64,000 nt of DNA from Parcubacteria group bacterium Gr01-1014_31 (GCA_007376135.1 VMFR01000001.1:77290-141289), one strand, 5' to 3'; positions 1 through 10,597 are shown, numbered from the stretch's first letter. Notes: a model not told the origin generated them from the sequence alone. Made by a program: numbers and translations.

Positions 1-836
1 AACGCCAGGATGTTCTCCTGAAAATCAACGGTGTACTGCAGGGCGATCTCCGTCTGTACATCGTTGAGCGATTTGTCGACGTAGAAAATGGTTTCCTGCT
101 TGGCTTCCAGTTTGCGGTTGAGATGCTGGACGTACGATTTGATGCCGCCTTCGAACGTGAACGTGTAGTCGGCGGGGTTTTTTGTGTCGCGGCGGTCGTA
201 CAGGTGGATGGTCACCCCCTTGGTCAGGTAGGCTTGCTGGCGCAAGTGCGTCTTGACCGTTTCCCAGTTGAGTTCCAGGACGGTGAAAATGGTCGCGTCC
301 GGCTTGAAGATGATGGTCGTGCCGGTGCCGGAGGCCTTCCCGACGGATTTAACCTTGGCTTTCGGCTTGCCGCGCTGGTATTCCTGTATCCAGAGCTTGC
401 CTTCGCGTTTGACTTCGGCGCGCATGTATTCCGAGAGCGCGTTCACGACCGATACGCCCACGCCGTGCAGGCCGCCGGAAACCTTGTAGCCGCCTTCGCC
501 GAACTTGGCGCCGGCGTGCAGTTTGGTCAACACCACCTCCAGGGCAGATTTGCCGGTCTGCTTATGGATGTCCACCGGAATACCCGCGCCGTTGTCTTCC
601 ACGGCGACCTCGCCGTTCTCCCGGAGCGTGACGGTGATCTCATCGCAGCGGCCGGCCATCGCCTCGTCGATGGAGTTGTCTACAACCTCCCAGATCAAAT
701 GGTGCAGGCCCTCCCCGGCGGTGTTGCCGATGTACATGCCGGGACGCTTGCGCACCGGGTCCAGTCCCTCCAGGACCGTGATGTGTTTGGCGGAATATTC
801 CTGCGTTGAAGCCTCCCTTTTTTTGCTTGATGTCAT
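1..836 (-). CDS. gyrB: DNA gyrase subunit B, N-terminal ATPase part (gene continues past window start)
   Basis: Minus-strand translation from ATG 836 gives 'MTSSKKREASTQEYSAKHITVLEGLDPVRKRPGMYIGNTAGEGLHHLIWEVVDNSIDEAMAG...KVSGGLHGVGVSVVNALS', a GHKL ATPase typical of GyrB. Absent from the ORF track because it runs off the window. Confidence 0.9.
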   Translation of the reverse strand, partial: MTSSKKREASTQEYSAKHITVLEGLDPVRKRPGMYIGNTAGEGLHHLIWEVVDNSIDEAMAGRCDEITVTLRENGEVAVEDNGAGIPVDIHKQTGKSALEVVLTKLHAGAKFGEGGYKVSGGLHGVGVSVVNALSEYMRAEVKREGKLWIQEYQRGKPKAKVKSVGKASGTGTTIIFKPDATIFTVLELNWETVKTHLRQQAYLTKGVTIHLYDRRDTKNPADYTFTFEGGIKSYVQHLNRKLEAKQETIFYVDKSLNDVQTEIALQYTVDFQENILA

Positions 837-955
837 ACCTTGATTCCCGCTAGTAAAAACGGAAAAATCACCACCGTAATGATGACTCACGTAGACGGAG
901 AAAACGTGCCTAGATTAGCCAAATTTGAGTACCTCCGCCTGTTGAGAATTGTAGC

Positions 956-1921
956 ATGCTGAGGCTTTGCGCGCAAGGGTGTTTTTCGGCATTTTTTTGG
1001 CGGCGTTGTGCATGGTATACTGGTTTTGTGGCAATACCAAAAACAATACCGACGCGGCCGGTCAGCGGCCTGATCTTGCGGGTGAATTACTGGCTGGTCA
1101 CGCACCGTCTGCTGCTCAAGCGCCTGCTGGCGATCGGGCTGGGGGCGTTCTGCATCGGTATCTACGGCTATGCGTTCGGCATTGTGTTCGGGTTGGCGCG
1201 GGGGCAGGAAGCCTACCGCGCGATGATGGCATCATTCACGCAGGATCTCATCGACTACCGGTCGTTGCGGCCCTTGATCTCTCCACAGCCGCTCCAGTCC
1301 GGCGTGCCGTCGGTGTTGCCGGCGCCGGAAGGCTTGGCTGACCTTATCGTGACCGTCGTCAATCCGAACCAGAAATTTGCCGTACCGGTGTTATGGTACC
1401 GCTTCAGCGATGACCAGGGGGAGCTGGCATCCGGCGAGACGTTCATCATGCCCGGCGAGACCAAGTACGTCGTCAGCTTCGGGAGCCGTACCCCCGTCGG
1501 GCAGACCACCTTCACGCTGGCGGAAGTGAACTGGCAGCGGTTGAATCCCGAAGAATTCGCCAAGCTGCGCGAAGAGAAGCTTCGCGTGGTCATCAGCGGC
1601 CTGGAGCATCGAACTGCGGCCGACCTGGGGCCGCTCGCCAGCCGTCTGGGAGGGCAGACGGTGTTCGCGGTAAAGAATGACTCGATCTTCGGCTACTGGG
1701 ACGTCGCACTCTACGTGCTGCTGAAGAACGGCGGCAAGGTCGAAGCGGCGCAGTTCGCGCGCATCCGCAAGCTCGATCCGGGGCAGGAAGAGTTCATCAC
1801 GGTGAACTGGGCGCAGTCGCTGCCGCCCACCACCGAGGTCAGCGTGGTGCCAGAGCTCAATCTGTTCGACGCAGATTCCTTTTACGACTATCAATACACC
1901 GGGCCCGGTTTCCGGCGGTAG
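956..1921 (+). CDS. hypothetical membrane-anchored protein (start uncertain, possibly GTG near 1081)
   Basis: 321-aa ORF with one N-terminal TM helix 'LLKRLLAIGLGAFCIGIYGYAFGIVFGLA'. No recognisable domain. Confidence 0.45.
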   Translation: MLRLCAQGCFSAFFWRRCAWYTGFVAIPKTIPTRPVSGLILRVNYWLVTHRLLLKRLLAIGLGAFCIGIYGYAFGIVFGLARGQEAYRAMMASFTQDLIDYRSLRPLISPQPLQSGVPSVLPAPEGLADLIVTVVNPNQKFAVPVLWYRFSDDQGELASGETFIMPGETKYVVSFGSRTPVGQTTFTLAEVNWQRLNPEEFAKLREEKLRVVISGLEHRTAADLGPLASRLGGQTVFAVKNDSIFGYWDVALYVLLKNGGKVEAAQFARIRKLDPGQEEFITVNWAQSLPPTTEVSVVPELNLFDADSFYDYQYTGPGFRR

Positions 1922-1968
1922 CCGGGTTTTTCGCGGGCGGGGAGGGTCTTTTTTTATTCGCTGAGGGC

Positions 1969-1997
1969 TTGACAAGCTGCGGTTGCCCTCGTACGAT
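1969..1997 (+). promoter_or_regulatory. sigma70-like promoter of hrcA operon
   Basis: TTGACA (1969-1974), 17-nt spacer, TACGAT (1992-1997), immediately upstream of CIRCE. Confidence 0.55.
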
Positions 1998-2001
1998 GGC
2001 A

Positions 2002-2028
2002 TTAGCACTCTGAAGTTTTGAGTGCTAA
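2002..2028 (+). promoter_or_regulatory. CIRCE operator (HrcA binding site)
   Basis: Perfect consensus TTAGCACTC-N9-GAGTGCTAA ('ttagcactc tgaagtttt gagtgctaa'), 10 nt upstream of the hrcA start. Confidence 0.9.
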
Positions 2029-2037
2029 TATCGGGAT

Positions 2038-2751
2038 ATGCCTATCTCTGACCAACACACCTTGAGCCCGCGCCAGCGGCAGCTTTTGGCTGCGGTCGTT
2101 GAAACCTACGTGCAGACCTGCGCGCCAGTCGGTTCCAAGATGCTCGCGGGCAATTCCTTGGATGTCAGCCCGGCCACTATCCGCAACGATATGGCGGAGC
2201 TTGAAGCCGCCGGGCTTTTGACCCAGCCCCACACGTCGGCCGGCCGCCTGCCGACCGCCGCAGGGTACCGCTACTACATTGAACGCGCGCTGGGCAGCTA
2301 CCGGATGACGGCAACGGAACGCCGGGCGCTGCAGGCAGTACCCGCGTCCGATCCCCGCCAGACGGTCAAAACGATGGCCAAGGCCTTGGCGGAACTGTCC
2401 GAATCCTGCGTGGTGGTCGGTTTCTCCCCCCACGACGTGTACTACACCGGCATTGCCAACCTTTTTGCGCAGCCGGAATTCCGCGACTACCAGTTCGGTT
2501 TTTCCATGACCGAGGTCATCGATCATCTGGATGAGGTCATGGAACGGCTGTTTATGCTGACCACGGGAAATGATGACGTGCAGATCCTCATCGGCGAGCG
2601 CAACCCGTTCGGGGAGAACTGCAGCGCGCTGTTGACGCGATTTCTCGGTGCAGGCGAACCCGGATTGATGGGGGTGTTGGGTCCGCTGCGCATGCGCTAC
2701 GCGCGGAATCGCGAGCTGCTTTTCCATACCTGCCGGGCGGTGAGCGCGTAA
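2038..2751 (+). CDS. hrcA: heat-inducible transcription repressor HrcA (short, 237 aa)
   Basis: N-terminus 'LSPRQRQLLAAVVETYVQTCAPVGSKMLA' is the HrcA winged-helix. Preceded by CIRCE and followed by grpE. Confidence 0.8.
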   Translation: MPISDQHTLSPRQRQLLAAVVETYVQTCAPVGSKMLAGNSLDVSPATIRNDMAELEAAGLLTQPHTSAGRLPTAAGYRYYIERALGSYRMTATERRALQAVPASDPRQTVKTMAKALAELSESCVVVGFSPHDVYYTGIANLFAQPEFRDYQFGFSMTEVIDHLDEVMERLFMLTTGNDDVQILIGERNPFGENCSALLTRFLGAGEPGLMGVLGPLRMRYARNRELLFHTCRAVSA

Positions 2752-2760
2752 TGGTTACCT

Positions 2761-3270
2761 ATGGCTGAAGTTCAACAACCCGAGACGTCTGTCCCGCCGA
2801 AGGCCGCGCCGGACGCGCTGGCCGCAGCGCAGCAACAGGCCGCCGATTACCTGGCGGGCTGGCAGCGCGCCAAGGCCGATTACGTGAATCTGAAACGCGA
2901 GAGCGACGAGCGTTCGTGGCAGCAGGCCAAGTCGGCGGTAAAAAGCGTGGTGATAAATCTGTGGGCGGATTTTTTCAGCAATTTGGAGCTTGCGCTACGG
3001 CACATTCCGCCGGAACAGTCTTCGTTGCCGTGGGTAGTAGGCGTCCAGAACGGCATGAAGCAATTCAACGTCATTTTGAAAAAATTGGGTTTTGAAGACT
3101 ACACCCCAACCGTGGGCCAGCCTTTTAGTCCGTTCGAGCACGAAGCCGTTGAAGCCGTTGAAAATTCAGGGAAACCCGTGCAGACCATTGTCGAGGTCGT
3201 GCGCCCTGGCCTGCGGTTTGTCGATGATAATGACGTGGTCGTGCATGCGCGAGTGAAGGTAGCGAAGTGA
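2761..3270 (+). CDS. grpE: nucleotide exchange factor GrpE
   Basis: 169-aa GrpE-like sequence; sits in conserved hrcA-grpE-dnaK order. Confidence 0.8.
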   Translation: MAEVQQPETSVPPKAAPDALAAAQQQAADYLAGWQRAKADYVNLKRESDERSWQQAKSAVKSVVINLWADFFSNLELALRHIPPEQSSLPWVVGVQNGMKQFNVILKKLGFEDYTPTVGQPFSPFEHEAVEAVENSGKPVQTIVEVVRPGLRFVDDNDVVVHARVKVAK

Positions 3271-3271
3271 A

Positions 3272-3424
3272 AATTTTCAATTACTAATTTTCAATTTTCA
3301 ATCAATGTTACAATTTCCATTGGGTAAACGGGTTTTTTGAAAATTAATTCATTGAAAATTCATTGGAAATTATAAATTGAAAATTTTAGCATTGCTGTTT
3401 GTTCTTATTAGGCTATTGAAAATT
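3272..3424. repeat. AT-rich array of 9-nt motif AATTTTCAA (x3) / TTGAAAATT (x4) in inverted orientation
   Basis: AATTTTCAA at 3272, 3286, 3293; TTGAAAATT at 3347, 3362, 3377, 3416. About 25% GC within a 62% GC genome, between grpE and hsp20. Confidence 0.7.
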
Positions 3425-3478
3425 CATAATCGCGCGGTGGTGAGTGTTTACCCTGCCGTCGCAAGGAGAAACGTCTTT

Positions 3479-3901
3479 ATGCCGATCATCAAATGGGAGC
3501 CGATGTTTTCCGACCCGTTCCAGGAGATGGAGCAATTTTTGGAGCGCTCGGCGGGAATGTCGCGGCAGGGGTTCGTGCCCGCCGTGGACGTTTACCAGAC
3601 CAAGGACGCGGTGGTGGTGGAGACCCCGCTGGCCGGGGTTGACCCCAAGGACGTGGATATCACCATCGAGAATGACGTGCTGCATATCCGCGGGGAGATG
3701 AAGCGCGAGTCGGAAGTGGACGAGAAGAACTACTACCGCAAGGAAGTCCGCGCGGGCAGTTTTTACCGTTCCGTGGCGTTGCCGACCAAAGTGGACAGCG
3801 ACCAGGCGTCCGCCGAATCCCACGAAGGAATGTTGAAGATCATCATTCCTAAAGCGCCGGAAGTGAAGCCCCGCACCGTGAAGGTTGTTGCCAAGAAGTA
3901 G
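3479..3901 (+). CDS. small heat shock protein, Hsp20/alpha-crystallin family
   Basis: 'MPIIKWEPMFSDPFQEMEQ...' with alpha-crystallin domain. SD AAGGAG sits 8 nt upstream of ATG 3479; the track ORF starts earlier at 3377. Confidence 0.8.
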   Translation: MPIIKWEPMFSDPFQEMEQFLERSAGMSRQGFVPAVDVYQTKDAVVVETPLAGVDPKDVDITIENDVLHIRGEMKRESEVDEKNYYRKEVRAGSFYRSVALPTKVDSDQASAESHEGMLKIIIPKAPEVKPRTVKVVAKK

Positions 3902-3988
3902 GCCGCATGCCTGATGCGGCCATTCCGCATCGGGCGCTGCCGGGGCTCATTAGCTTGTCTGATGGGCCCCGCAAGCGAACGTTCCTTT

Positions 3989-4024
3989 ATAAAAAAAGAA
4001 GCTCCCATCCGGGGGGATGGGAGC
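3989..4024 (-). terminator. intrinsic terminator for minus-strand galT-like gene
   Basis: 10-bp stem gctcccatcc/ggatgggagc (4001-4024) with A-run 3990-3998 on + strand, which reads as a U-tract on the minus strand. Confidence 0.6.
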
Positions 4025-4046
4025 GCGCAGGAGGCGCAGGTGCCGT

Positions 4047-5066
4047 TCAGACGGCAGCCGGCACCGGAGTGCCGGAAGGTTCCGTAGCGACTTCGCGCAG
4101 GCGCTTGGCCGCCTGTTCCGGCGGCACGGTGTTGATGAAACAGCCGGTCGCCAGCTCGAAGCCCGCGATGCGGGAGAGCCGTGGCATGATGCGGTAGCGG
4201 AAACGGTAGAAGCCGTTGCAGTTGCGCTTCACGCGCGGCGGGCCCTCGTCGAGGTAGGCGTTGAACGGCGGCAGGAAGCCGACAGCCCGTTCCAGCAGGC
4301 GGAACGTGTCCGAGATGATCTGTGCCAGCTGGTCGAAGCGCGACTGGAGATCGTCGAAGTGGGCCACATCCTCCTTGGGCATGATCCACATCTCGAAGGG
4401 AAATCTGGACTCGTAGGGGCAGTAGCAGACGAACGTGTCGTTCTCCAACACGATGAGGTCGTGGATCCGCGCCTTTTCCAGCGCCCGCGTGAAGATGGAC
4501 ACGCCATTGTGGTAGTAGTACTGCTCCAGGCGGTTCCATCGCTCCAGCGGTTCGGCGGGAATGAAGGGCAGCCCGATGATCTGGGTGTGGGGGTGTTCCA
4601 GCGACGCGCCGGCATCAGGCCCGTAGTTCTTGAAGACCCGCAGGTCGTGCAGCCGCGTGTCGCCGCGCAAGTCCTTGCAGCGGGCGTTCATGGCCCAGAG
4701 GATGTCGCGGTGCTGGGCGACCGACAGCGTCGCATGCGTGGCCGCGTGGTCCGGGGTTTCCACCAGCACGTCGTGGACGCCATGCGCGTCGGCGATGCCG
4801 ACCGACTCGAACCCGTCGACGAGGAACTTGGAGGTGCCCTCCACCCGGACGGCCGGGAACTTGTTGGAAACGACCCGTACCTTCCAGCGGCGGCGGTCGT
4901 CAAGCCATTCCAGTTGCTTGGGCGGCGCCAGGTGCTCGTTGCCGGGGCAGAACGGACAGGGCGGCGGCGGGCCGTCGCGCGGGGCGAACTGGTCGGGACG
5001 GAGCTTGCGCTCAGTGGCCAGGATGACTTCCCGGCGCGAGAGCGTGGTATGGCGGATATCTGCCAT
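4047..5066 (-). CDS. galactose-1-phosphate uridylyltransferase-like (GalT/HIT superfamily) nucleotidyltransferase
   Basis: Zn-binding 'CPFCPGNE' and active-site 'HPHTQ' (HxHxQ) motifs. Likely start M at 5066 ('MADIRHTTL'); the track ORF extends to 5156. Confidence 0.65.
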   Translation of the reverse strand: MADIRHTTLSRREVILATERKLRPDQFAPRDGPPPPCPFCPGNEHLAPPKQLEWLDDRRRWKVRVVSNKFPAVRVEGTSKFLVDGFESVGIADAHGVHDVLVETPDHAATHATLSVAQHRDILWAMNARCKDLRGDTRLHDLRVFKNYGPDAGASLEHPHTQIIGLPFIPAEPLERWNRLEQYYYHNGVSIFTRALEKARIHDLIVLENDTFVCYCPYESRFPFEMWIMPKEDVAHFDDLQSRFDQLAQIISDTFRLLERAVGFLPPFNAYLDEGPPRVKRNCNGFYRFRYRIMPRLSRIAGFELATGCFINTVPPEQAAKRLREVATEPSGTPVPAAV

Positions 5067-5213
5067 GAGTGGCCTTTCTTCCTTTGAAGGAGCTTGGGTT
5101 GTCAGGGAACATTCGGGCCGACCCTCCATGGTACGCGTACATTCCACCGTCGTCAATGTGTGGTTGAGGCCTGGTAAAAGCGGTCGGCGAGCCGCTGCTA
5201 CAAGTCTTTAATC

Positions 5214-5230
5214 AATTGATGAATTCATAA
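5214..5230 (+). promoter_or_regulatory. AT-rich motif ATTGATGAATTCATAAT upstream of dnaK, shared with the hsp20 upstream region (3415-3430)
   Basis: 15 of 16 positions match 'ATTGAAAATTCATAAT' at 3415-3430. Lies 13 nt before the dnaK ATG. Confidence 0.4.
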
Positions 5231-5242
5231 TTTTTCGTAGAT

Positions 5243-7132
<1,890 letters not shown>

Positions 7133-7247
7133 GATTGTAGTTGGGTAGGAATGTAGTAAGGGCGGGGTGCCTCAATCGAGAAGCAAGTATCTAGTATGGG
7201 CGGGGCGAGGCACCCCGCTCACTGTAATAAACTAGAATAGGGTAAAT

Positions 7248-7817
7248 ATGTGGAAAGCAATAATTTCGATATTACTTCTACCTCTGCCGACCTATGCACA
7301 ATTGTTCAACGACCCGGGTCCAGAATATGTAAATGAATTGGACGCATGGATGGACGCGAGTCATCGTCTCGACACATGGTTATCACGAATTGACATGGTC
7401 GCGCTAGTTTTACTGTGTTCCGTTTTAGGAATTTATTTAGCTTCGTTATTCGCCTGGCTACGTCAGCGTCGTCAATCACAGAGGATGATCGGAGTCGCCC
7501 CGCTCATAATGGGTCTGCCAGTTCTACCACTTATCGCACTGATCATCTGGCTCAATTTTGTCCACGATAGGATTTATTCCATAGCTTGGTCGCGATTCTG
7601 GTTTGCCCAGATAGTCGTTGGGTTTCCCCTCATGCTGATTACTATCAGCGTCATTCTGCGTCGACTTATACTTAGGGGCAAGAGCACGCGCGCGAGTGGC
7701 GTGTCTTATATCGCACTGATTGGACAGATCATTTTAGTAGTTTCTTTCTCCATTGTAATTGTCTTTGTAGAGAAGACCCTCGACCCAGGGCCATATCCTT
7801 ACTGGCCAAATCGCTAG
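7248..7817 (+). CDS. hypothetical integral membrane protein (low-GC)
   Basis: Signal-peptide-like N-terminus plus about 4 TM helices. GC clearly lower (~45%) than surrounding genes. Confidence 0.45.
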   Translation: MWKAIISILLLPLPTYAQLFNDPGPEYVNELDAWMDASHRLDTWLSRIDMVALVLLCSVLGIYLASLFAWLRQRRQSQRMIGVAPLIMGLPVLPLIALIIWLNFVHDRIYSIAWSRFWFAQIVVGFPLMLITISVILRRLILRGKSTRASGVSYIALIGQIILVVSFSIVIVFVEKTLDPGPYPYWPNR

Positions 7818-7840
7818 ACTCGTTTTTTATTGCGCTTCAC

Positions 7841-8164
7841 ATGCCTAGCTACAACAAACTCATCCGCGATAGGATTCCGGAAATTATTGCGGAGAAGGGG
7901 GAGAAGGCGAAAATCCGCACGTTGACGGATGAGGAATTCGCCGTTGCATTGGCGGCAAAGTTGGTGGAGGAGGCGAATGAAGTTGTGAAGGCAGGCGGTG
8001 ATTCCGCGGAGCTGGTGAAGGAAATCGGCGACGTGCTGGAAGTGATTGACGCCATAGTTACGCATTTCGGTCTGGACCGGGCGGAAATTGAGCGGGTAAA
8101 GACGAATCGATTGGCCGAGCGTGGCGGATTTTCCAAGAAAATCCTGTTGGAAAGCGTGGAATAG
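7841..8164 (+). CDS. MazG-like nucleotide pyrophosphohydrolase domain protein
   Basis: 'YNKLIRDRIPEIIAEKGE...EEANEV...EIGDVLEVIDAI' resembles the small all-alpha MazG/NTP-PPase fold. Confidence 0.55.
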   Translation: MPSYNKLIRDRIPEIIAEKGEKAKIRTLTDEEFAVALAAKLVEEANEVVKAGGDSAELVKEIGDVLEVIDAIVTHFGLDRAEIERVKTNRLAERGGFSKKILLESVE

Positions 8165-8244
8165 CGGTTACCTTGCAATTCCATGGCAATCGGCGTACCC
8201 TGACCGTTACGTAAGCCAAAATTACTATTATTTACGAAGCGAAT

Positions 8245-8994
8245 ATGGAACAGGGAGCACCCAGCAGTCCGTCGGGAATAGTCAGCGGAGGGAATACATC
8301 CGGCCCGAAGAAGTCATTCGTCAAACCGTTGATCGCGGTCGTCGCGGTGGTCGCCGTGGCGGGCCTCGCGTACTACTACCGCGTGATGCTCGCGCCGAAA
8401 GCCTCGGACGCGGGGACTAACACCGAGGACGGGCAGGTCGCCGGCGCGACGGCATCGCCGACGCCGGAAATTACTCCCGTCACCACTGAGGAGCGGCAGA
8501 CCATTGGTTCGCTGTCGTTGCTGGTGAAGCCCGGCATGCTGGTGCGCGAGAACGAAGCGCTGCGCACGCTGTTTGGGGCCAACGGCGTGGAGCTGGTCGC
8601 GGTCCGCAGCATTGGCAACAAGAACTTCGACGAGATCTCCGCGAAAGTGCAGTCCGGCGAGATCGAGATGGCCGAAGCGTTGAAGGAATACTGGCGCCTG
8701 GACGTGCTGGAGATTGGCAACCCCGACCAGGAGGATGTCGCCACTTGGATCACCTCGCACTGGCCGCCCTATGATGCCCCCAACATCGAGGTCAAAAAGA
8801 CGACGGCCACCGTGGACGGCGTGGCAACGACCGTGCACGCCGTCACCCACTCGGACTTGAGCATGCTGCAGACCATTTACTTCCTGCAGCCCAAGGACAA
8901 GGGCAATATGCTCATCATTAGCTCGTTCCAGGGCACTTCCAAGCCGTTCGGCAAGGAGATCGACGGTTTGGTGCAGTCGGTCACATTCAACTAA
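8245..8994 (+). CDS. hypothetical membrane-anchored extracytoplasmic protein
   Basis: N-terminal TM 'LIAVVAVVAVAGLAYYY'. No recognisable domain. Confidence 0.45.
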   Translation: MEQGAPSSPSGIVSGGNTSGPKKSFVKPLIAVVAVVAVAGLAYYYRVMLAPKASDAGTNTEDGQVAGATASPTPEITPVTTEERQTIGSLSLLVKPGMLVRENEALRTLFGANGVELVAVRSIGNKNFDEISAKVQSGEIEMAEALKEYWRLDVLEIGNPDQEDVATWITSHWPPYDAPNIEVKKTTATVDGVATTVHAVTHSDLSMLQTIYFLQPKDKGNMLIISSFQGTSKPFGKEIDGLVQSVTFN

Positions 8995-9005
8995 CCATTA
9001 CGTTT

Positions 9006-9338
9006 ATGGCGGGAGAGCAGAACGTTCAGGGGCAAGCCCCGCCGATGGCGGGGCAAGGCGGCATGCAGGTCAAGGCGAGCGAAGACCAGCTCAAGGGCCG
9101 TTACTCTTCGCATATGCAGGTGCTGCACACCCGCGAGGAGTTCGTGTTGGATTTCATGGCGCTCTACCCGCCGCAGGGGCAGCTGGTATCGCGGGTGCTG
9201 GTCTCGCCGGCGCACTTCAAGCGGATGGTCGCCGCGCTGACGGACAATCTCGCCAAGTACGAAAAGCAGTTCGGCAAGGTCCAGGCGGGGACTGCCGAGA
9301 CCAGCAAGGAAAAAGAGATCGGGTTCCGCCTCGAGTAG
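9006..9338 (+). CDS. DUF3467-like small protein
   Basis: 'HTREEFVLDFMALYPPQGQLVSRVLVSPAHFKRMVAALTDNLAKYEKQFG' resembles the DUF3467 core. Confidence 0.5.
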   Translation: MAGEQNVQGQAPPMAGQGGMQVKASEDQLKGRYSSHMQVLHTREEFVLDFMALYPPQGQLVSRVLVSPAHFKRMVAALTDNLAKYEKQFGKVQAGTAETSKEKEIGFRLE

Positions 9339-9343
9339 CAGCA

Positions 9344-10450
9344 ATGGCCAAGGATTACTACGAACTTTTGGGCGTCGGGAAGAACGCCACCACGGACGAG
9401 ATCAAGACCGCGTTCCGGAAGCTCGCTCACCAATACCATCCCGACAAAGCCGGCGGCAACGCCGAGAAGTTCAAGGAGGTCAGCGAGGCCTACCAGGTGC
9501 TGTCGAATTCCGAGAAGCGCGCCCAGTACGACCGGTACGGCTCCACGTTCGAACAGGCGCAGGCCAAGGGGGGATTCACGGGATTTGAAGGATTCCGCGA
9601 TTTTTCGGATTTTACCGAAGCGTTCCGCGGTAACGGCGGCGCCAGCGCACAGTTCGATTTCGGCGACCTGTCCGACGTCCTCGGCGGGATATTCGGCGGC
9701 CGCGGCGGGACTTCCTCTCGACGCGCCCGGCGCGGCACCGATGCGCAGGTGCAAGTGACCATACCTTTCCGCGAGGCGGTGTTCGGGACGACCCGCGACC
9801 TGCAGCTGGGGCGCGAGCGGCCGTGCAAAACGTGTAGCGGTTCTGGGGCACAGCCGGGCAGCGAAACTTCGCGCTGCAAGGCCTGCGGCGGCCGCGGCCA
9901 GGTGGTCCGCGAGATCGGCCTGGGGTTCGGGATGTCCGCAGTGTGCCCGGAATGCGCGGGCAAAGGGAGCAAGCCCGACAAGCCGTGCCGCGACTGCCAT
10001 GGCGCGGGTATCCTGTTCACGCGCGAGACGTTGAGTGTGAAAATTCCTGCCGGCATTGGCGACGGCCAGGCCATCCGCATTTCCGGCGCGGGACAAGCCG
10101 CACCGGGCGGGAGTGCGGGCGATCTGTACGTGCGCGTGCAGGTGGCCCCTGATGAACGGTTCCAGCGCACCGGCGACGACTTGAAAACCACGGCCGAAAT
10201 AACATTTCCGACCGCGGCGCTAGGCGGGACTCTAAACCTGGAAACCCTGGAGGGAACGGTCACCATCAAGATCACGGAAGGGACGCAGTCCGGCCGGGTC
10301 ATTCGCGTACGCGGCAAGGGGGTGCCTAATGTGGAAGGCCGTGGGCGCGGCGACCTGCTGGTCACCGTGCAGGTAAAAACACCCGGGAAACTGACGCGTC
10401 GCCAGCGGCAGCTGCTGGAGGAATTACGCGGCGAACTCGGGAATGCTTGA
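9344..10450 (+). CDS. dnaJ: molecular chaperone DnaJ
   Basis: J-domain 'DYYELLGVGKNATTDEIKTAFRKLAHQYHPDK', G/F region, four CxxCxGxG zinc-finger repeats, C-terminal domain. Confidence 0.95.
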   Translation: MAKDYYELLGVGKNATTDEIKTAFRKLAHQYHPDKAGGNAEKFKEVSEAYQVLSNSEKRAQYDRYGSTFEQAQAKGGFTGFEGFRDFSDFTEAFRGNGGASAQFDFGDLSDVLGGIFGGRGGTSSRRARRGTDAQVQVTIPFREAVFGTTRDLQLGRERPCKTCSGSGAQPGSETSRCKACGGRGQVVREIGLGFGMSAVCPECAGKGSKPDKPCRDCHGAGILFTRETLSVKIPAGIGDGQAIRISGAGQAAPGGSAGDLYVRVQVAPDERFQRTGDDLKTTAEITFPTAALGGTLNLETLEGTVTIKITEGTQSGRVIRVRGKGVPNVEGRGRGDLLVTVQVKTPGKLTRRQRQLLEELRGELGNA

Positions 10451-10570
10451 CGCGGGCCGAGGTTTGGCCTAGGATGGCGATGCTATGAGATTTTCCGCGA
10501 CGTACAGGGCGATCTTCTCCTTTACCCGCTGATGGCGGGTCAGTCCGCGTACGTCCAAAGCCTTGACTGA

Positions 10571-10597
10571 CCTGCCTGCATGGGCAGGATTTTTTTG
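10571..10597 (+). terminator. intrinsic terminator after dnaJ
   Basis: cctgcc-tgcatg-ggcagg hairpin followed by atttttttg. Confidence 0.6.

Noticed and set aside
123-809. 228-aa ORF on the + strand opposite gyrB. Similar long antisense ORFs lie at 9164-10096 (minus, opposite dnaJ), 11467-12948 (minus, opposite tyrA-PDT), 17566-18477 (minus, opposite rodA), 4017-5087 (plus, opposite the galT-like gene) and 15260-16309 (minus, opposite the NHL gene).
   Set aside because: These are typical high-GC shadow ORFs. They are rich in Arg, Ala, Gly and Pro, lack recognisable motifs, and each overlaps a well-supported conserved gene on the other strand.
3272-3424. Possible CRISPR-like repeat array in the AT-rich grpE-hsp20 spacer.
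   Set aside because: Repeat units are only 9 nt, irregularly spaced and in two orientations, with no spacer-like unique segments and no cas genes in the window. More consistent with regulator binding sites.
3300-5242. Additional CIRCE operators upstream of hsp20 and dnaK.
   Set aside because: No TTAGCACTC-N9-GAGTGCTAA match, even allowing 2-3 mismatches. Only the hrcA-proximal site (2002-2028) is present.
7153-7213. Long hairpin after dnaK, with a 12-bp stem and ~36-nt loop, as an intrinsic terminator.
   Set aside because: No U-tract follows. A shorter alternative fold (gcgggg/ccccgc) is equally possible. Kept only as a note within the low-GC islet finding.
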